A stretch of DNA of 24,985 bases from a virus. Its lineage: Duplodnaviria > Caudoviricetes. The notes beneath the pieces are model-generated. The model saw only the letters and a program-made list of their open reading frames with translations. It searched no databases and was not told where the DNA came from. Both the position numbers and the translations under genes were made by a program. Within the stretch, counting starts at the first letter, position 1. Each line of letters starts with the position of its first letter. Shown here one piece after another: positions 15,082 through 24,186 of this stretch. The DNA is taken from positions 1 to 24,985 of the IMG/VR virus record IMGVR_UViG_3300005764_000082; one strand, given 5' to 3'.

Positions 15082-15480
15082 ATGGCATTTGCGATGGCAG
15101 TTAAATCAGAGTTGCCTCCAACGGGCCCTATTGCTTATCAGCATCATCAGACTGCAGCTGATGCGACAGCGACAACGACGGTCACGACCGGAGCGTTTGG
15201 CGATCTGGTGACACCCGGACGCTGGTGGATTCAAGCGAAGATTCTGATCAAGGCGCTGAGCGGCACTTGCTCTCTGACTCTTGAGACTGCAGATAACACT
15301 AGCTTTTCGACGAACCGCCAACAGATAGCACCTTTTGCTGCAACGACTGCATCGATTCTTGGCAGCACTATTTTATCAGGATGGACTGACATAGCGACGA
15401 ATCAGTATTACCGGATACTGATGGCTTTCGGCACGTCTGGCACCGTAGACATCGTTGTCGATGCGAACCCGGTGCTCTGA
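15082..15480 (+). CDS. beta-rich structural (decoration-like) protein
   Basis: AAGGAG SD at 15069-15074; Thr/Ala-rich; LTLETADN..F and QYYRI jelly-roll-like pattern. Confidence 0.65.
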   Translation: MAFAMAVKSELPPTGPIAYQHHQTAADATATTTVTTGAFGDLVTPGRWWIQAKILIKALSGTCSLTLETADNTSFSTNRQQIAPFAATTASILGSTILSGWTDIATNQYYRILMAFGTSGTVDIVVDANPVL

Positions 15481-15495
15481 GAATACGGCGCATGA

Positions 15496-16455
15496 ATGAG
15501 TCTTACGTTTGTCGATCTGTATACTGCGGTTCAGGACTTAACTCCGACGCAGATTTCAGTCGCACAGGCTAAGAGTGCTGTCAATCGTGCTTATTTTTCC
15601 ATTGTTCGTCTTCGTCCTTGGCTCGGCGTCAACTTTACTGATGCTTTCGTAAGCCAGCCAGACAAAACAGATGGCACTATTGCACTTACCCAGGGCTCTT
15701 CAACCATTGTCGGAACCAACACCACATTCGCGGCTAGCGATGTGGGGCGTTATCTGCGGGTCGGCGCTCGCGTTCTCGTTCGTGTTACTGGGTATACTGA
15801 CCCTACTCACCTGACGCTTCAGATTCCGTGGGGTGAGTCGACAATTCTCACCACCGGCTACGCACTAGTCACTCTTCGCTACACACTCCCAACGACTGTC
15901 GAGCGAATCATCAGGCTCTCAGGGCCGCAGTGGTTTCTAGTACGGCGCAACTTAACGCTGATTGACGCCTACGACCCATTACGTGTCATGCGCAACGTGC
16001 CGCTGATATTCACTGAGGTCGAGATAGTGAACGGCGTGAAGGAGTACGAGCTATGGCCGATCCCGAACCAGTACGACACGTACACTCGTCAGTGCCGACT
16101 AGTAATAACGCCGCTGGTGAAGGATTCCGATGTGCCGCTGATCTCCCCAGAGGCCATCATGTGGCGAGCGTCGAAGGAGATGTCGAAGAAGCTCTACAGC
16201 CGGACAGGCGATCAATCGTGGAACGCTACCGCCGTCGGCTACGACGAGGACTATAAAGACACGCTAGACGCGATGATCAGAGAAGACCGTAGGCAGCGCG
16301 GCAGCCACCCGATCGTGTTTGACGCTGAAGACGCTAGCCCGATCTATGATCCAGGCTTCTTAGCGTTTCAGCGTGCATGGGTAGCGCTCGGCTTAGGCGC
16401 AATCGCTGGCGCACCTACTGGCGGGTACGGCGGTGGTGGTTACGGTGGCGGGTAA
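15496..16455 (+). CDS. head-tail adaptor/tail tubular protein A (T7 gp11/P22 gp4-like) with a beta-domain insertion
   Basis: MSLTF.DL...V, VNRAY, RYTLP...RI, YELWPIPN and SD.PLI motifs; inserted TDGTIALTQGSSTIVGTNTTF segment. Confidence 0.75.
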   Translation: MSLTFVDLYTAVQDLTPTQISVAQAKSAVNRAYFSIVRLRPWLGVNFTDAFVSQPDKTDGTIALTQGSSTIVGTNTTFAASDVGRYLRVGARVLVRVTGYTDPTHLTLQIPWGESTILTTGYALVTLRYTLPTTVERIIRLSGPQWFLVRRNLTLIDAYDPLRVMRNVPLIFTEVEIVNGVKEYELWPIPNQYDTYTRQCRLVITPLVKDSDVPLISPEAIMWRASKEMSKKLYSRTGDQSWNATAVGYDEDYKDTLDAMIREDRRQRGSHPIVFDAEDASPIYDPGFLAFQRAWVALGLGAIAGAPTGGYGGGGYGGG

Positions 16456-16471
16456 TGATTAGGGCGATGAT

Positions 16472-16759
16472 GTGGCTCGCAGCGATCTCATTCCTGAAGA
16501 TTTTAGCGATACTAGTGTAGCGCAGCTTAACGCTATGATAAGAGCACTCCAAGCATCTGCAGGACCACGCGGTGCTACTTTCGCTGGTCGTCTCGTCCAG
16601 CCGAGCGATACGCTCAGCTCTCTGATGCAGCGCTTTCCGCAAGCTGAGCTAGAAAGCGGCGGTGGAGCAATGCGTCAGTTAAATATACCGAGCATAACTG
16701 CTCTCTTACAACTTATCGGTATGCTCAACAAACAGAGAGGCGCGAGTGGAGCTTATTAG
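16472..16759 (+). CDS. hypothetical virion-module protein
   Basis: 95-aa ORF filling the gap and overlapping the next start. Confidence 0.6.
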   Translation: MARSDLIPEDFSDTSVAQLNAMIRALQASAGPRGATFAGRLVQPSDTLSSLMQRFPQAELESGGGAMRQLNIPSITALLQLIGMLNKQRGASGAY

Positions 16760-17261
16760 ACTATTCGCTGACGATACGCTTTCGCTAAGGCTCTGGCCAG
16801 ATGTGCGCGAGAGAATCATCGCTGCGACGCAGATGGAAAATCCGGGTGCTGACTCAAACGTAATCATCCAGACGATTCATAGCAAGTGGGTGACGGCTAG
16901 CAACACGATCGGCATCTGGGCTGCTGTAGAGAAAGGGCATGTTTTAGGTCATGCAGTCGCGTGGGTTGAGACAGTCTGGAACGTGCCGAGAATCTTTATC
17001 TTTCAGATCATCTCTGACCCGCAATCAGGCGCTCTGTTCGAGCTGAAAGACGAGTTTCTATCTAGACTGCGCGAGTGGATTGATTACCTGAACGGCATGT
17101 ATGCCAAGAGCAATAGCCCGTTTAGAATCGACTATGACGTGTATTTCACGACTATGCACGAGCAGGCGTTTCTCAGAATTTTTAAGGGCAGGGCGATAAA
17201 AGAATACTCAACTCTCAGGATCGACGTGAGCGCACAGCTAGTCTCTGCGGAGGTACACTGA
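16746..17261 (+). CDS. GNAT-fold protein (positional equivalent of T7 gp13/P22 gp14)
   Basis: LWPDVRERI helix and IWAAVEKGHVLGHAVAWVE...RIFIFQI strand order; immediately upstream of the first ejection protein. Confidence 0.55.
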   Translation: MELIRLFADDTLSLRLWPDVRERIIAATQMENPGADSNVIIQTIHSKWVTASNTIGIWAAVEKGHVLGHAVAWVETVWNVPRIFIFQIISDPQSGALFELKDEFLSRLREWIDYLNGMYAKSNSPFRIDYDVYFTTMHEQAFLRIFKGRAIKEYSTLRIDVSAQLVSAEVH

Positions 17262-17262
17262 C

Positions 17263-18303
17263 ATGTGCGGCGGCGGCGGCGGGCAAACACAACAGACTAA
17301 TCAGCAGAACTGGAACCCTGCGATCCAGCCGCTGATTCAACGCGGGGCTAGTCTCGCGCAAAGCTGGTTAAGTCCACAAAGCGAGGGTGGCGGTGGTGCT
17401 CCTGGTGCTGGACCAGCAGTCGATCTGTCTCAGTTCTTTGCGGCGAAACCGCAAGATATTCCTCAGCTTACACCTGAGCAGTATCAATTTATCGGCATGC
17501 AAGAACAGCTGCCTAATCAGCTTTATACCGGCGGTGAAGAGACAGCGCTGAGTCAACTTAATCAACTGACTGGTGGTCCTGTCGGCTCTGCGCCTTCTAC
17601 TGAAGAAGCGATGCAGTCGTGGACCCAGAACGTGCTACCGCAGATAAAGCAGATGCAAGCGCTGCAGGGTACGACTTACGGCGGCGCAGCTGACGAAGCT
17701 GTAGCTAACTCGATGAGCAGCGCTTTGACGCCGCTGTTGCAGCAGGAGATTTCTAACAGGGCAGCAGCAGCACCGGAGTATGCGCAGATCAGTGAAACAG
17801 CAGCGAATAGACAGATACAGAACATTCAGAACGCTCAGCAGGCAGCGAACATGCCGTATCAGCAGCAAGCGCAGCAAGCGCAGGCGAACTATCAAGATTA
17901 TCTGCGACGTTATCAGCTAGCTCAAGACATGACGCTTGGCCCGGTAATGCAGCTTTCTCCGAGTCTCGGCGGGTTGACGTCTACAGTGAAGACTAGTGGT
18001 GGTGGTGGTGGCGGGATGTTCGGTAGCGTGATCTGCACTGTGCTGCATGCTCGCGGTTATCTCGACGAAGAAATATACTCGCTAGATTCTCTACTTGGCT
18101 ATCACATGGGAGTTTATCGCCCACTGGTCATGCGCGGCTATCACAAGTTTGGCGTGCCTATAGCAAAGCTGATGCTGAAGTCTGCGATTTTCAGTGCAAT
18201 TATCGCTCCGTTTGGTGTACTGTGGGCGCGAAAACTAGCTGGCGGTAAGAAAAATCGTCAACTGTTTCTGGCAGCGCTAAGATTCTGTGAATCGATTGCA
18301 TGA
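17263..18303 (+). CDS. ejection/DNA-transfer (internal virion) protein with a C-terminal Cys-initiated domain
   Basis: MCGGGGGQTQQT N-terminus, Gln/Ala-rich helical body, Gly linker, then VICT..H..GY...GYH.FG.PIA domain. Confidence 0.7.
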   Translation: MCGGGGGQTQQTNQQNWNPAIQPLIQRGASLAQSWLSPQSEGGGGAPGAGPAVDLSQFFAAKPQDIPQLTPEQYQFIGMQEQLPNQLYTGGEETALSQLNQLTGGPVGSAPSTEEAMQSWTQNVLPQIKQMQALQGTTYGGAADEAVANSMSSALTPLLQQEISNRAAAAPEYAQISETAANRQIQNIQNAQQAANMPYQQQAQQAQANYQDYLRRYQLAQDMTLGPVMQLSPSLGGLTSTVKTSGGGGGGMFGSVICTVLHARGYLDEEIYSLDSLLGYHMGVYRPLVMRGYHKFGVPIAKLMLKSAIFSAIIAPFGVLWARKLAGGKKNRQLFLAALRFCESIA

Positions 18304-18794
18304 GTGATAACTCGCTGGAAAAAGTAAGGTTTCGCGAGAGCGTGCTGCAGGCTCAAGCTGAAATGTTTCAGATGATCGAGAACGGTCAGATGAAAGATGT
18401 CACGAGCGAGCTGACGCTGACTCACTATTTCACGCCGATCGACGAGAAATACGGCTGCTGCACGTATGCTCGTCAGTGTTTCTTGCCCAAACACAGCTGG
18501 ACGTTCGGCAAGATTCATCGCCACCAACATTTGAATTTCATCTTGAAGGGCAAGGTGATTGTCGTAACAGAGTTTGGCAGAAAGCACTTTGAAGCGCCAT
18601 GCACTTTCATTAGCGAGGTGGGGCTGAAGCGGGCAGTGTTCGCGGTCGAAGACACGCTCTGGACGACTGTGCATCTGACGCAGTTCAACAGCGAAGCTGA
18701 TCTCGACAAGATCGAAGAGGAAGTAATCGCGCCTAACTACGAGACGCTCGGCTTGATCGCGTCGATTGACAAGTTTCTGGAAAAGCACAAATGA
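18300..18794 (+). CDS. cupin-fold protein
   Basis: THYF...YARQ..LP....GKIHRHQHLNFILKGKV...APCTFIS..G.KR...A.EDTLWTTVH, a His-rich phage cupin usually found beside internal virion genes. Confidence 0.8.
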   Translation: MSDNSLEKVRFRESVLQAQAEMFQMIENGQMKDVTSELTLTHYFTPIDEKYGCCTYARQCFLPKHSWTFGKIHRHQHLNFILKGKVIVVTEFGRKHFEAPCTFISEVGLKRAVFAVEDTLWTTVHLTQFNSEADLDKIEEEVIAPNYETLGLIASIDKFLEKHK

Positions 18795-19390
18795 CTTGGG
18801 TAATCGTTGCAGGAGTTGCTATCGGCGCGTCTCTCGGCGGGATTAAGGGAGCGATTGGTCACGACAAAGGTGGCGAGTGGGGCAGAGATATAGGCTTAGG
18901 AGCTATACTCGGCGGAGTTAGTGGTGGAGTCGGCGGGCTAGGTGGAGCTATGCCAGCGCTCGGCGGCGGCATGACTGGCGGTGGAGGTTCAGCTATCGGC
19001 TTCGGCGCAGCACCTGAGATCGGAGGCGAGACAGTAGCTGGGCCGCTGATGGAAAATGCCGGATTCTTCTCAACGCCGCTCGGAGCAGCACAAAGCGGTA
19101 CGTTCGGTTTAGGCGATATAGGCGCGATGATTCAAAAACCGTTCTCAGGCATGTCGCTCACAGATGCGGCGAAACTAGCGCAGACGTTACCCGGCATGTT
19201 GGGTGGCGGGCAAAAGACTGCTCCTGCTGCGCCTCCTACGCAAGAGCCACAACCTAAGACCGGAGCATATCAGCCGCCAGATGTGTCAAGATTTCTGACG
19301 CCGATACCAAATTTCTCTACTGCTGGTGCTCAGAACGATCAGCTCGCAATGCTGATGAAACTGCTGCAGAGAAGCAGGAGCATAGGATGA
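18791..19390 (+). CDS. ejection protein with a glycine-zipper hydrophobic N-terminus (P22 gp7/T7 gp14-like)
   Basis: MTWVIVAGVAIGASLGG and GLGAILGGVSGGVGG GxxxG repeats. Confidence 0.7.
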   Translation: MTWVIVAGVAIGASLGGIKGAIGHDKGGEWGRDIGLGAILGGVSGGVGGLGGAMPALGGGMTGGGGSAIGFGAAPEIGGETVAGPLMENAGFFSTPLGAAQSGTFGLGDIGAMIQKPFSGMSLTDAAKLAQTLPGMLGGGQKTAPAAPPTQEPQPKTGAYQPPDVSRFLTPIPNFSTAGAQNDQLAMLMKLLQRSRSIG

Positions 19391-19728
19391 TCAAGCCAGA
19401 ACGCACGATGCAGTCGACGATTCACGAGAAGGTCGCGTGGCGCAACCTCAAGCAAGATGACGTGGGAGAAGCGCACACTACTGCAGATGTTTTTCCGCGC
19501 AAGCGCGTGATCGAAGTCTCCGGCAACTTCAGCGGCAAAGCGACTCTGCGATTCTGCGGCGGTATAGAGCGTAGTGACTACGAGCTGACAGACGACGAGG
19601 GCTTGCCAGCGCTATTGACTAGACCCGGGATGATGACGATTGACGACACTCTCTCTGCGATCTATCCGATGCTTGATGGCGGCAATCAAGACACTGATGT
19701 TACGGTCGTGATGCTGGTCATTATGTGA
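19387..19728 (+). CDS. beta-sandwich structural protein, paralogue of 20288..20668
   Basis: Shared W..L...D.G, G.F.G..T, SDY..D..G, P...GG and VTV.M pattern. Confidence 0.65.
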   Translation: MIKPERTMQSTIHEKVAWRNLKQDDVGEAHTTADVFPRKRVIEVSGNFSGKATLRFCGGIERSDYELTDDEGLPALLTRPGMMTIDDTLSAIYPMLDGGNQDTDVTVVMLVIM

Positions 19729-19734
19729 GGTTTT

Positions 19735-20307
19735 ATGGCTCAACGTAAATCAGAAGAACCGGAAGAAATCTCAGATGGCGAGATTCAGCAGTCTATGGCG
19801 CAGCTTCAGCGCCAGCACGCGATATTCGCCCACGCCAAGACGTTCGTCGATGGCTATCTTCAGGCGAAACGCGAGATGGCTAATCTAGAGCGCGAGAAAG
19901 CGAAGCTCGCTGAAGAGGTCAATAAGAGCCGCGCTGAAGCGCATGACATCGCTGCGAGCCACGACAAGTTCAAAGCAGCGATGAAAGCTGCAGAGACTAA
20001 AGCGATTGAAGAGAGCGACACTGCTGTGCGCTCGAAGATCGACGCTCTCAAAAAAGAGATCGCTGCTCTCGAAGCAAAGAAAGTGCAGCGCGAGAACGAT
20101 CTCGTCGATTACGAGAAGTCGATGAAGCAGCGCGTTAAAGACTTGCAGAACGAAGTCACTGATGCTGCTCGCGCTGCTGATGAGAAGATCGCAGCGCTCG
20201 ACAAGCAAGTCATGTCATATCAGCAGAAGCACGACGACATCATAGCGTCGCTCAACAAGTCGATCAGAGAGAAAGTGAGCGAGGTCAGTGGCGGTCATCC
20301 CGTATAG
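19735..20307 (+). CDS. long coiled-coil protein
   Basis: 190 aa of Ala/Glu/Lys heptads, essentially without Pro in the core. Confidence 0.8.
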   Translation: MAQRKSEEPEEISDGEIQQSMAQLQRQHAIFAHAKTFVDGYLQAKREMANLEREKAKLAEEVNKSRAEAHDIAASHDKFKAAMKAAETKAIEESDTAVRSKIDALKKEIAALEAKKVQRENDLVDYEKSMKQRVKDLQNEVTDAARAADEKIAALDKQVMSYQQKHDDIIASLNKSIREKVSEVSGGHPV

Positions 20308-20668
20308 CTGTGACTTTCTTGCAGCGAACGTGTTTTTGATCTCTTGGGCTGGCATGACTACGAACGACACTGGAGCACCATATCCGTTTTATCGTTACGT
20401 GTCGCACTTTACTGATAAGTCGGCTCAAGCGTGGGGCACGTTCGGTGGGAGCACGATTTTGCTAGAAGGGTCGAACAAAGTTGGGCCGCTGATCGACTCG
20501 GACTATGACCCGATCATGGACCCAGCAGGCATCAACATCACGTGGACTGCACAGGCGCCGCTCAAGCAGATTTTGCCGGTGTTCGTGCAGTTTCGACCGC
20601 GCATCACTGGTGGTGCAGGAAGCTCGATCAACGTGACCGTTATGATGGTCAACAAACGAACGCAGTAA
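20288..20668 (+). CDS. beta-sandwich structural protein, paralogue of 19387..19728
   Basis: SWAGMTTNDTG, DKSAQAWGTFGGSTILLEGSN, DPAG, FRPRITGG; GAGG upstream of the GTG start. Confidence 0.7.
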   Translation: MAVIPYSCDFLAANVFLISWAGMTTNDTGAPYPFYRYVSHFTDKSAQAWGTFGGSTILLEGSNKVGPLIDSDYDPIMDPAGINITWTAQAPLKQILPVFVQFRPRITGGAGSSINVTVMMVNKRTQ

Positions 20669-20677
20669 GGAGTTATT

Positions 20678-20866
20678 ATGCCGGAAAGATTCAATCCTAG
20701 CCCGCACACTAGCGAGCGTGTCTCGACAAAAAAGATCGACAACGCTGGAAACTTGATCTCGTCTGACTACAGTCACTGGCATCACATCAAGAAGTACGGT
20801 GATACCAAAGAAGCGCACGAAGGTCCGATAGAACACGAAGGCCCACTAAAAGATCGAAAGGAGTAG
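20678..20866 (+). CDS. small hydrophilic hypothetical protein
   Basis: TAAGGAG SD; contains HEGP twice. Confidence 0.7.
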   Translation: MPERFNPSPHTSERVSTKKIDNAGNLISSDYSHWHHIKKYGDTKEAHEGPIEHEGPLKDRKE

Positions 20867-20869
20867 ACT

Positions 20870-21064
20870 ATGAGCTGGAAAGAAAAAGAAAAGGGCGGCT
20901 TCGACATCCCTATGCCGAAGAGCTTTCCGAACCACGAGTCGACGATCACTCCGACATACTCGACCGGCAAGGGTCCGACTCAGGGCAGCACGAAGGCGTC
21001 AGACAGCCATACCGGCAAGCATGGCGCTCGCAGCGGCGGCGGCAAGAAGAACGGCTGGGAATAA
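20870..21064 (+). CDS. small basic, disordered hypothetical protein
   Basis: AAGGAG SD; Lys/Gly/Ser/Thr-rich. Confidence 0.7.
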   Translation: MSWKEKEKGGFDIPMPKSFPNHESTITPTYSTGKGPTQGSTKASDSHTGKHGARSGGGKKNGWE

Positions 21065-21067
21065 ACT

Positions 21068-22165
21068 GTGCCCGATCCAGCGTTGGTCGACCCCAACGCT
21101 AATCAGCCCTGGTTAAATCGTAACCTGCCAGAGCTGATGACGGTGCTCGGCTCTCTCTTAGCGCCGCTGCGTTTCGGTCACCGAGACATACAGGGTCAGC
21201 GTCACGGCTTGGCGCCGTTCGCACCGATCGGTGCGCTCGGCCCTCTGCTGATGAAGCAGCGCGAGCTAGACACGCAGCGCAACTTAGAGCTGCAGCAGCA
21301 GGCGCTCAAGGGCGCAGCGCTGCAGAAGATGACACAAGCGCTAGAGCCTAGCGAGGGCTTGGTTCCGGCTCAGATCGACGTTGAAGACCCGAATCAGCCA
21401 GCAGTGCCGCAGAAGACTGGGATGGTAGCGCCGAGCGAGCAAGAGTTTATGCGCCGCATGGGAACTATCTCGCCCGCAGAGATGGCGGCGTCTGGCGTCA
21501 CGCCGTTTCAGGTCTACGAGATGGCGCAGAAACTGCGCGTTCAGCCGAAGATCACAAAAACTAAGCCAGGTGAAACAGTTGAAGTTACTGACCAGTACGG
21601 CAACGTGATCAGCACGAGAACTACACCTAAAGAGCCAGCAGAGCCTAAATTACCTACGAATATCGCAGAGCAGCGCCAGATCGCTAATACACCAGGCCAT
21701 CCTATGCGAGCTGCAGCAAAAGCAGCAGTTGAAGAATCTGAGAAAGCTGCCAAAGATTTAGACGCTCAGAAAGCTAAAGAGCGCAAAGAATACGGCCAGA
21801 TGATTCAGGGGCTGATTACTGGGCGACAGCAAAAGAGGCTAGACGCATTAGATAAGAAAAAGAACGACATCAACAAGCAGATCAGCGGCTTGAACAACAC
21901 GAAAGCTAAGCTGCAGACTGAGCTAAAAGATTTGACAGACCCGAAAAAGATGCCGAGCACTTGGACTAAAGCTGGCGCTAAATTGTACGGCGAGAAACAA
22001 GCTCAGATCAAAGCTAAGCAGAGAGAAATCGACATAGTGACAGACAGAATAATGGGTCTGCAGGGCTTGCGCGGCGGGCTCGAAGCAGCAGGCGAAATGA
22101 GCAACGCTAGCGACGCAGAGGTGCTCGGCGCACTTATTAGCGTTCCACAGCCTGGAGGCGAGTGA
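21068..22165 (+). CDS. ejection/internal virion protein (P22 gp20/T7 gp15 position)
   Basis: 365 aa with an N-terminal amphipathic segment and Gln/Lys/Ala coiled coils; position in the ejection cluster. Confidence 0.65.
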   Translation: MPDPALVDPNANQPWLNRNLPELMTVLGSLLAPLRFGHRDIQGQRHGLAPFAPIGALGPLLMKQRELDTQRNLELQQQALKGAALQKMTQALEPSEGLVPAQIDVEDPNQPAVPQKTGMVAPSEQEFMRRMGTISPAEMAASGVTPFQVYEMAQKLRVQPKITKTKPGETVEVTDQYGNVISTRTTPKEPAEPKLPTNIAEQRQIANTPGHPMRAAAKAAVEESEKAAKDLDAQKAKERKEYGQMIQGLITGRQQKRLDALDKKKNDINKQISGLNNTKAKLQTELKDLTDPKKMPSTWTKAGAKLYGEKQAQIKAKQREIDIVTDRIMGLQGLRGGLEAAGEMSNASDAEVLGALISVPQPGGE

Positions 22166-22166
22166 G

Positions 22167-24032
22167 TTGGAGCTGACAGATCGTCAATGGGCTGCAGTGC
22201 TAGAAGCAGATAAGCGCGGTATCTTGCCGCCAGAAAAGCAAGCTGCTCTCGCAGAAGCACGTCGCCGCGGGTTAGTGCCTGGTTCTGAGAAGCCAGCTTC
22301 TGCTAAGAGAGAGATCACGCCGCAAGAAGCAGGGATACAGGGAGCTGTCGGTGATGTTGTCGCAGGAGTGCAGGCAATTCCTGGAGCAGCGTCAGCGCTC
22401 GCTCGTGGCGCACCGATTCCGGCTCTGTATTCGATCGGAAAACGTCTGATCACAGGCAAGAGCGAGCAGACGCCAGAGCAGAGCAAGAAAGATGTAAAAA
22501 ACCTGCTCGAAGCATCGAACTTGCTAAACACGCCATATATTCTCGGTGGTGGTTTGCTCGGCACAGGCTCACAGATTCTCGGCGCTAGCCCAGAGACTGC
22601 GAGCAAGATTCGTACTGGCACAGAAATCTTGGGACCGCTGGCGACTGGTGGCATCACGATGGCTGCCAAGCGACTAGCTCCTGAAGCGTGGGCTGCTGTC
22701 AGCAGCAGAGCATCAGCTGTGATGCCAGAAGCGCGAGATGTGCTGAACATAATCACTGGCAGATCGCGGCGCGTCTCAGAACGAGCGGCAGCGCGAATTT
22801 TTAGCAACGAAGAGAAAGCAGCTGCGAAGGCACTGCATGGCCAGTTCGGCGAGCAATACGCAGCAGTCAGAACAGCCGGGATGGACATTCCTGTCAAGAC
22901 TGACGAGATCGCAGATGCGCTGTCGTCTGTAGTGCCGAAAGATCAGGTAGAAAAAATTCTAGCAACTCCGACAGAAGCAAGACTCGCTAAAGCGTCGCGC
23001 ATAGCAGAGAATCTTGACGCAGCTGAAGAAGCTGCGCTAGAGCAGGGAACAGTGCCGCAAAGCGTATACTCTAAGCTGTTCAGAGACAGAGGGGCACCAT
23101 CGAGTGATTGGCGAGAACTCGGAATCGATCCCAAGACTGCAGAAAAAGACATCACAGAGCTGGTGAAATCTGGCAAAGCTAGAAACATTCAAGATGCGAT
23201 GCAGCAGCTAAAAGAAGCGCAGATCGCAAAATACGGTAACCCTCACGCTGGCAATCTTATTTCTCTGCGCCAAGACTTGAAAGACTTGCAGCGCAAGGCG
23301 AAGCCGTTCAGCCAAGGGTGGCGTCAGCTTCAAGATGCTCAAGAGAACGTATTGAACCTCATCAAGAGCAAGAGTGAAACGCTCGCTAGCAACTTGCAGA
23401 AAGTAGATCGCGAGTACGGGCGCAGAATGATCAAGAGCATGGGCGAGCTAGACAAAGTAGCAGCTGAAGATCCGAGCAGATTAGTAAAAGAATTGTCGTC
23501 GATTGAAGATCCTGTAACGCTTGCTGAAGCTCGCCGCTTTATGTCTGACAAAGCGAAGCTAGCTGTGCGCGACGTGTGGATGCGAGAGGGGCTAGCAAAG
23601 CCGGAAAATCTAGTCAAGCAGATGGATTACTGGTCAAAGAATAATCGCACAGCTCTTGACTTGTTTGCCGGTACTAAAGATCAACAACAGCTACTGAGAA
23701 ATCTAGCAGTCAACATAGAGAAAGAAGCTAAGAGCACTGCTGGCTTCGGGCGCGGCAGGTTCGGCTTCTTTCAGGGAGTGCTCGGCGCTAAAGACATCGT
23801 TATGGGCGCTCTGCTGCAGAACCCAGCTTATCTGGCTCTCGGCGCTATGCACGTAGCGACGTATCTCGGCTATCACGATCCTAAGATGCTGACGAAAGTC
23901 ATATCGACTGGAGGCGCTGGTATCGTGAACGCTTTCATCAGCAGACCGACGACTCAGACGTTGCGAGCGCTGACAGCAGCAATGAATAAAGCAGAAGAGA
24001 GCGAGGCACAAGAAAATGCCCGCAGTAAGTAA
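22167..24032 (+). CDS. large ejection/internal virion protein (P22 gp16/T7 gp16 position)
   Basis: 621 aa, Ala-rich and helical; LEADKRGILP...LAEARRRGL duplicated N-terminal motif; Gly-rich hydrophobic segments near both ends. Confidence 0.7.
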   Translation: MELTDRQWAAVLEADKRGILPPEKQAALAEARRRGLVPGSEKPASAKREITPQEAGIQGAVGDVVAGVQAIPGAASALARGAPIPALYSIGKRLITGKSEQTPEQSKKDVKNLLEASNLLNTPYILGGGLLGTGSQILGASPETASKIRTGTEILGPLATGGITMAAKRLAPEAWAAVSSRASAVMPEARDVLNIITGRSRRVSERAAARIFSNEEKAAAKALHGQFGEQYAAVRTAGMDIPVKTDEIADALSSVVPKDQVEKILATPTEARLAKASRIAENLDAAEEAALEQGTVPQSVYSKLFRDRGAPSSDWRELGIDPKTAEKDITELVKSGKARNIQDAMQQLKEAQIAKYGNPHAGNLISLRQDLKDLQRKAKPFSQGWRQLQDAQENVLNLIKSKSETLASNLQKVDREYGRRMIKSMGELDKVAAEDPSRLVKELSSIEDPVTLAEARRFMSDKAKLAVRDVWMREGLAKPENLVKQMDYWSKNNRTALDLFAGTKDQQQLLRNLAVNIEKEAKSTAGFGRGRFGFFQGVLGAKDIVMGALLQNPAYLALGAMHVATYLGYHDPKMLTKVISTGGAGIVNAFISRPTTQTLRALTAAMNKAEESEAQENARSK

Positions 24033-24186
24033 GGCGCAACGCCGTTATATGGCGATTTGCGAGCACTCTGATCGCGAAGACTGCCCTGATATGTCGAAAA
24101 AACAATATCGTGATTTTAGCCGCACTAAAGAGAAAAACTTGCCGCATCGTAAGTCAAAGCGCAGAAAACGGAGATTGTCACGATGA
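24016..24186 (+). CDS. small basic protein, DUF3008-like (MPAVSKAQRRYMA...MSKKQYRDFSRTKEKNLPHRK); not in ORF track
   Basis: 56 codons; MPAxSKAQ...MS....F..TK.K.LP motif; GAGG upstream; ATGA-coupled to the next gene. Confidence 0.75.
   Translation: MPAVSKAQRRYMAICEHSDREDCPDMSKKQYRDFSRTKEKNLPHRKSKRRKRRLSR

Noticed and set aside
5122-16256. Nested + strand alternative-frame ORFs (5122, 5638, 6709, 7040, 7883, 14626, 16053)
   Set aside because: No SD or coupling and no protein-like motifs, unlike the 1165 nested ORF.
1068-24147. All minus-strand ORFs in the track (e.g. 7755..8267, 18258..18788, 22184..22897)
   Set aside because: They are antisense shadows of well-supported, coupled + strand genes, with no recognisable motifs or initiation signals.
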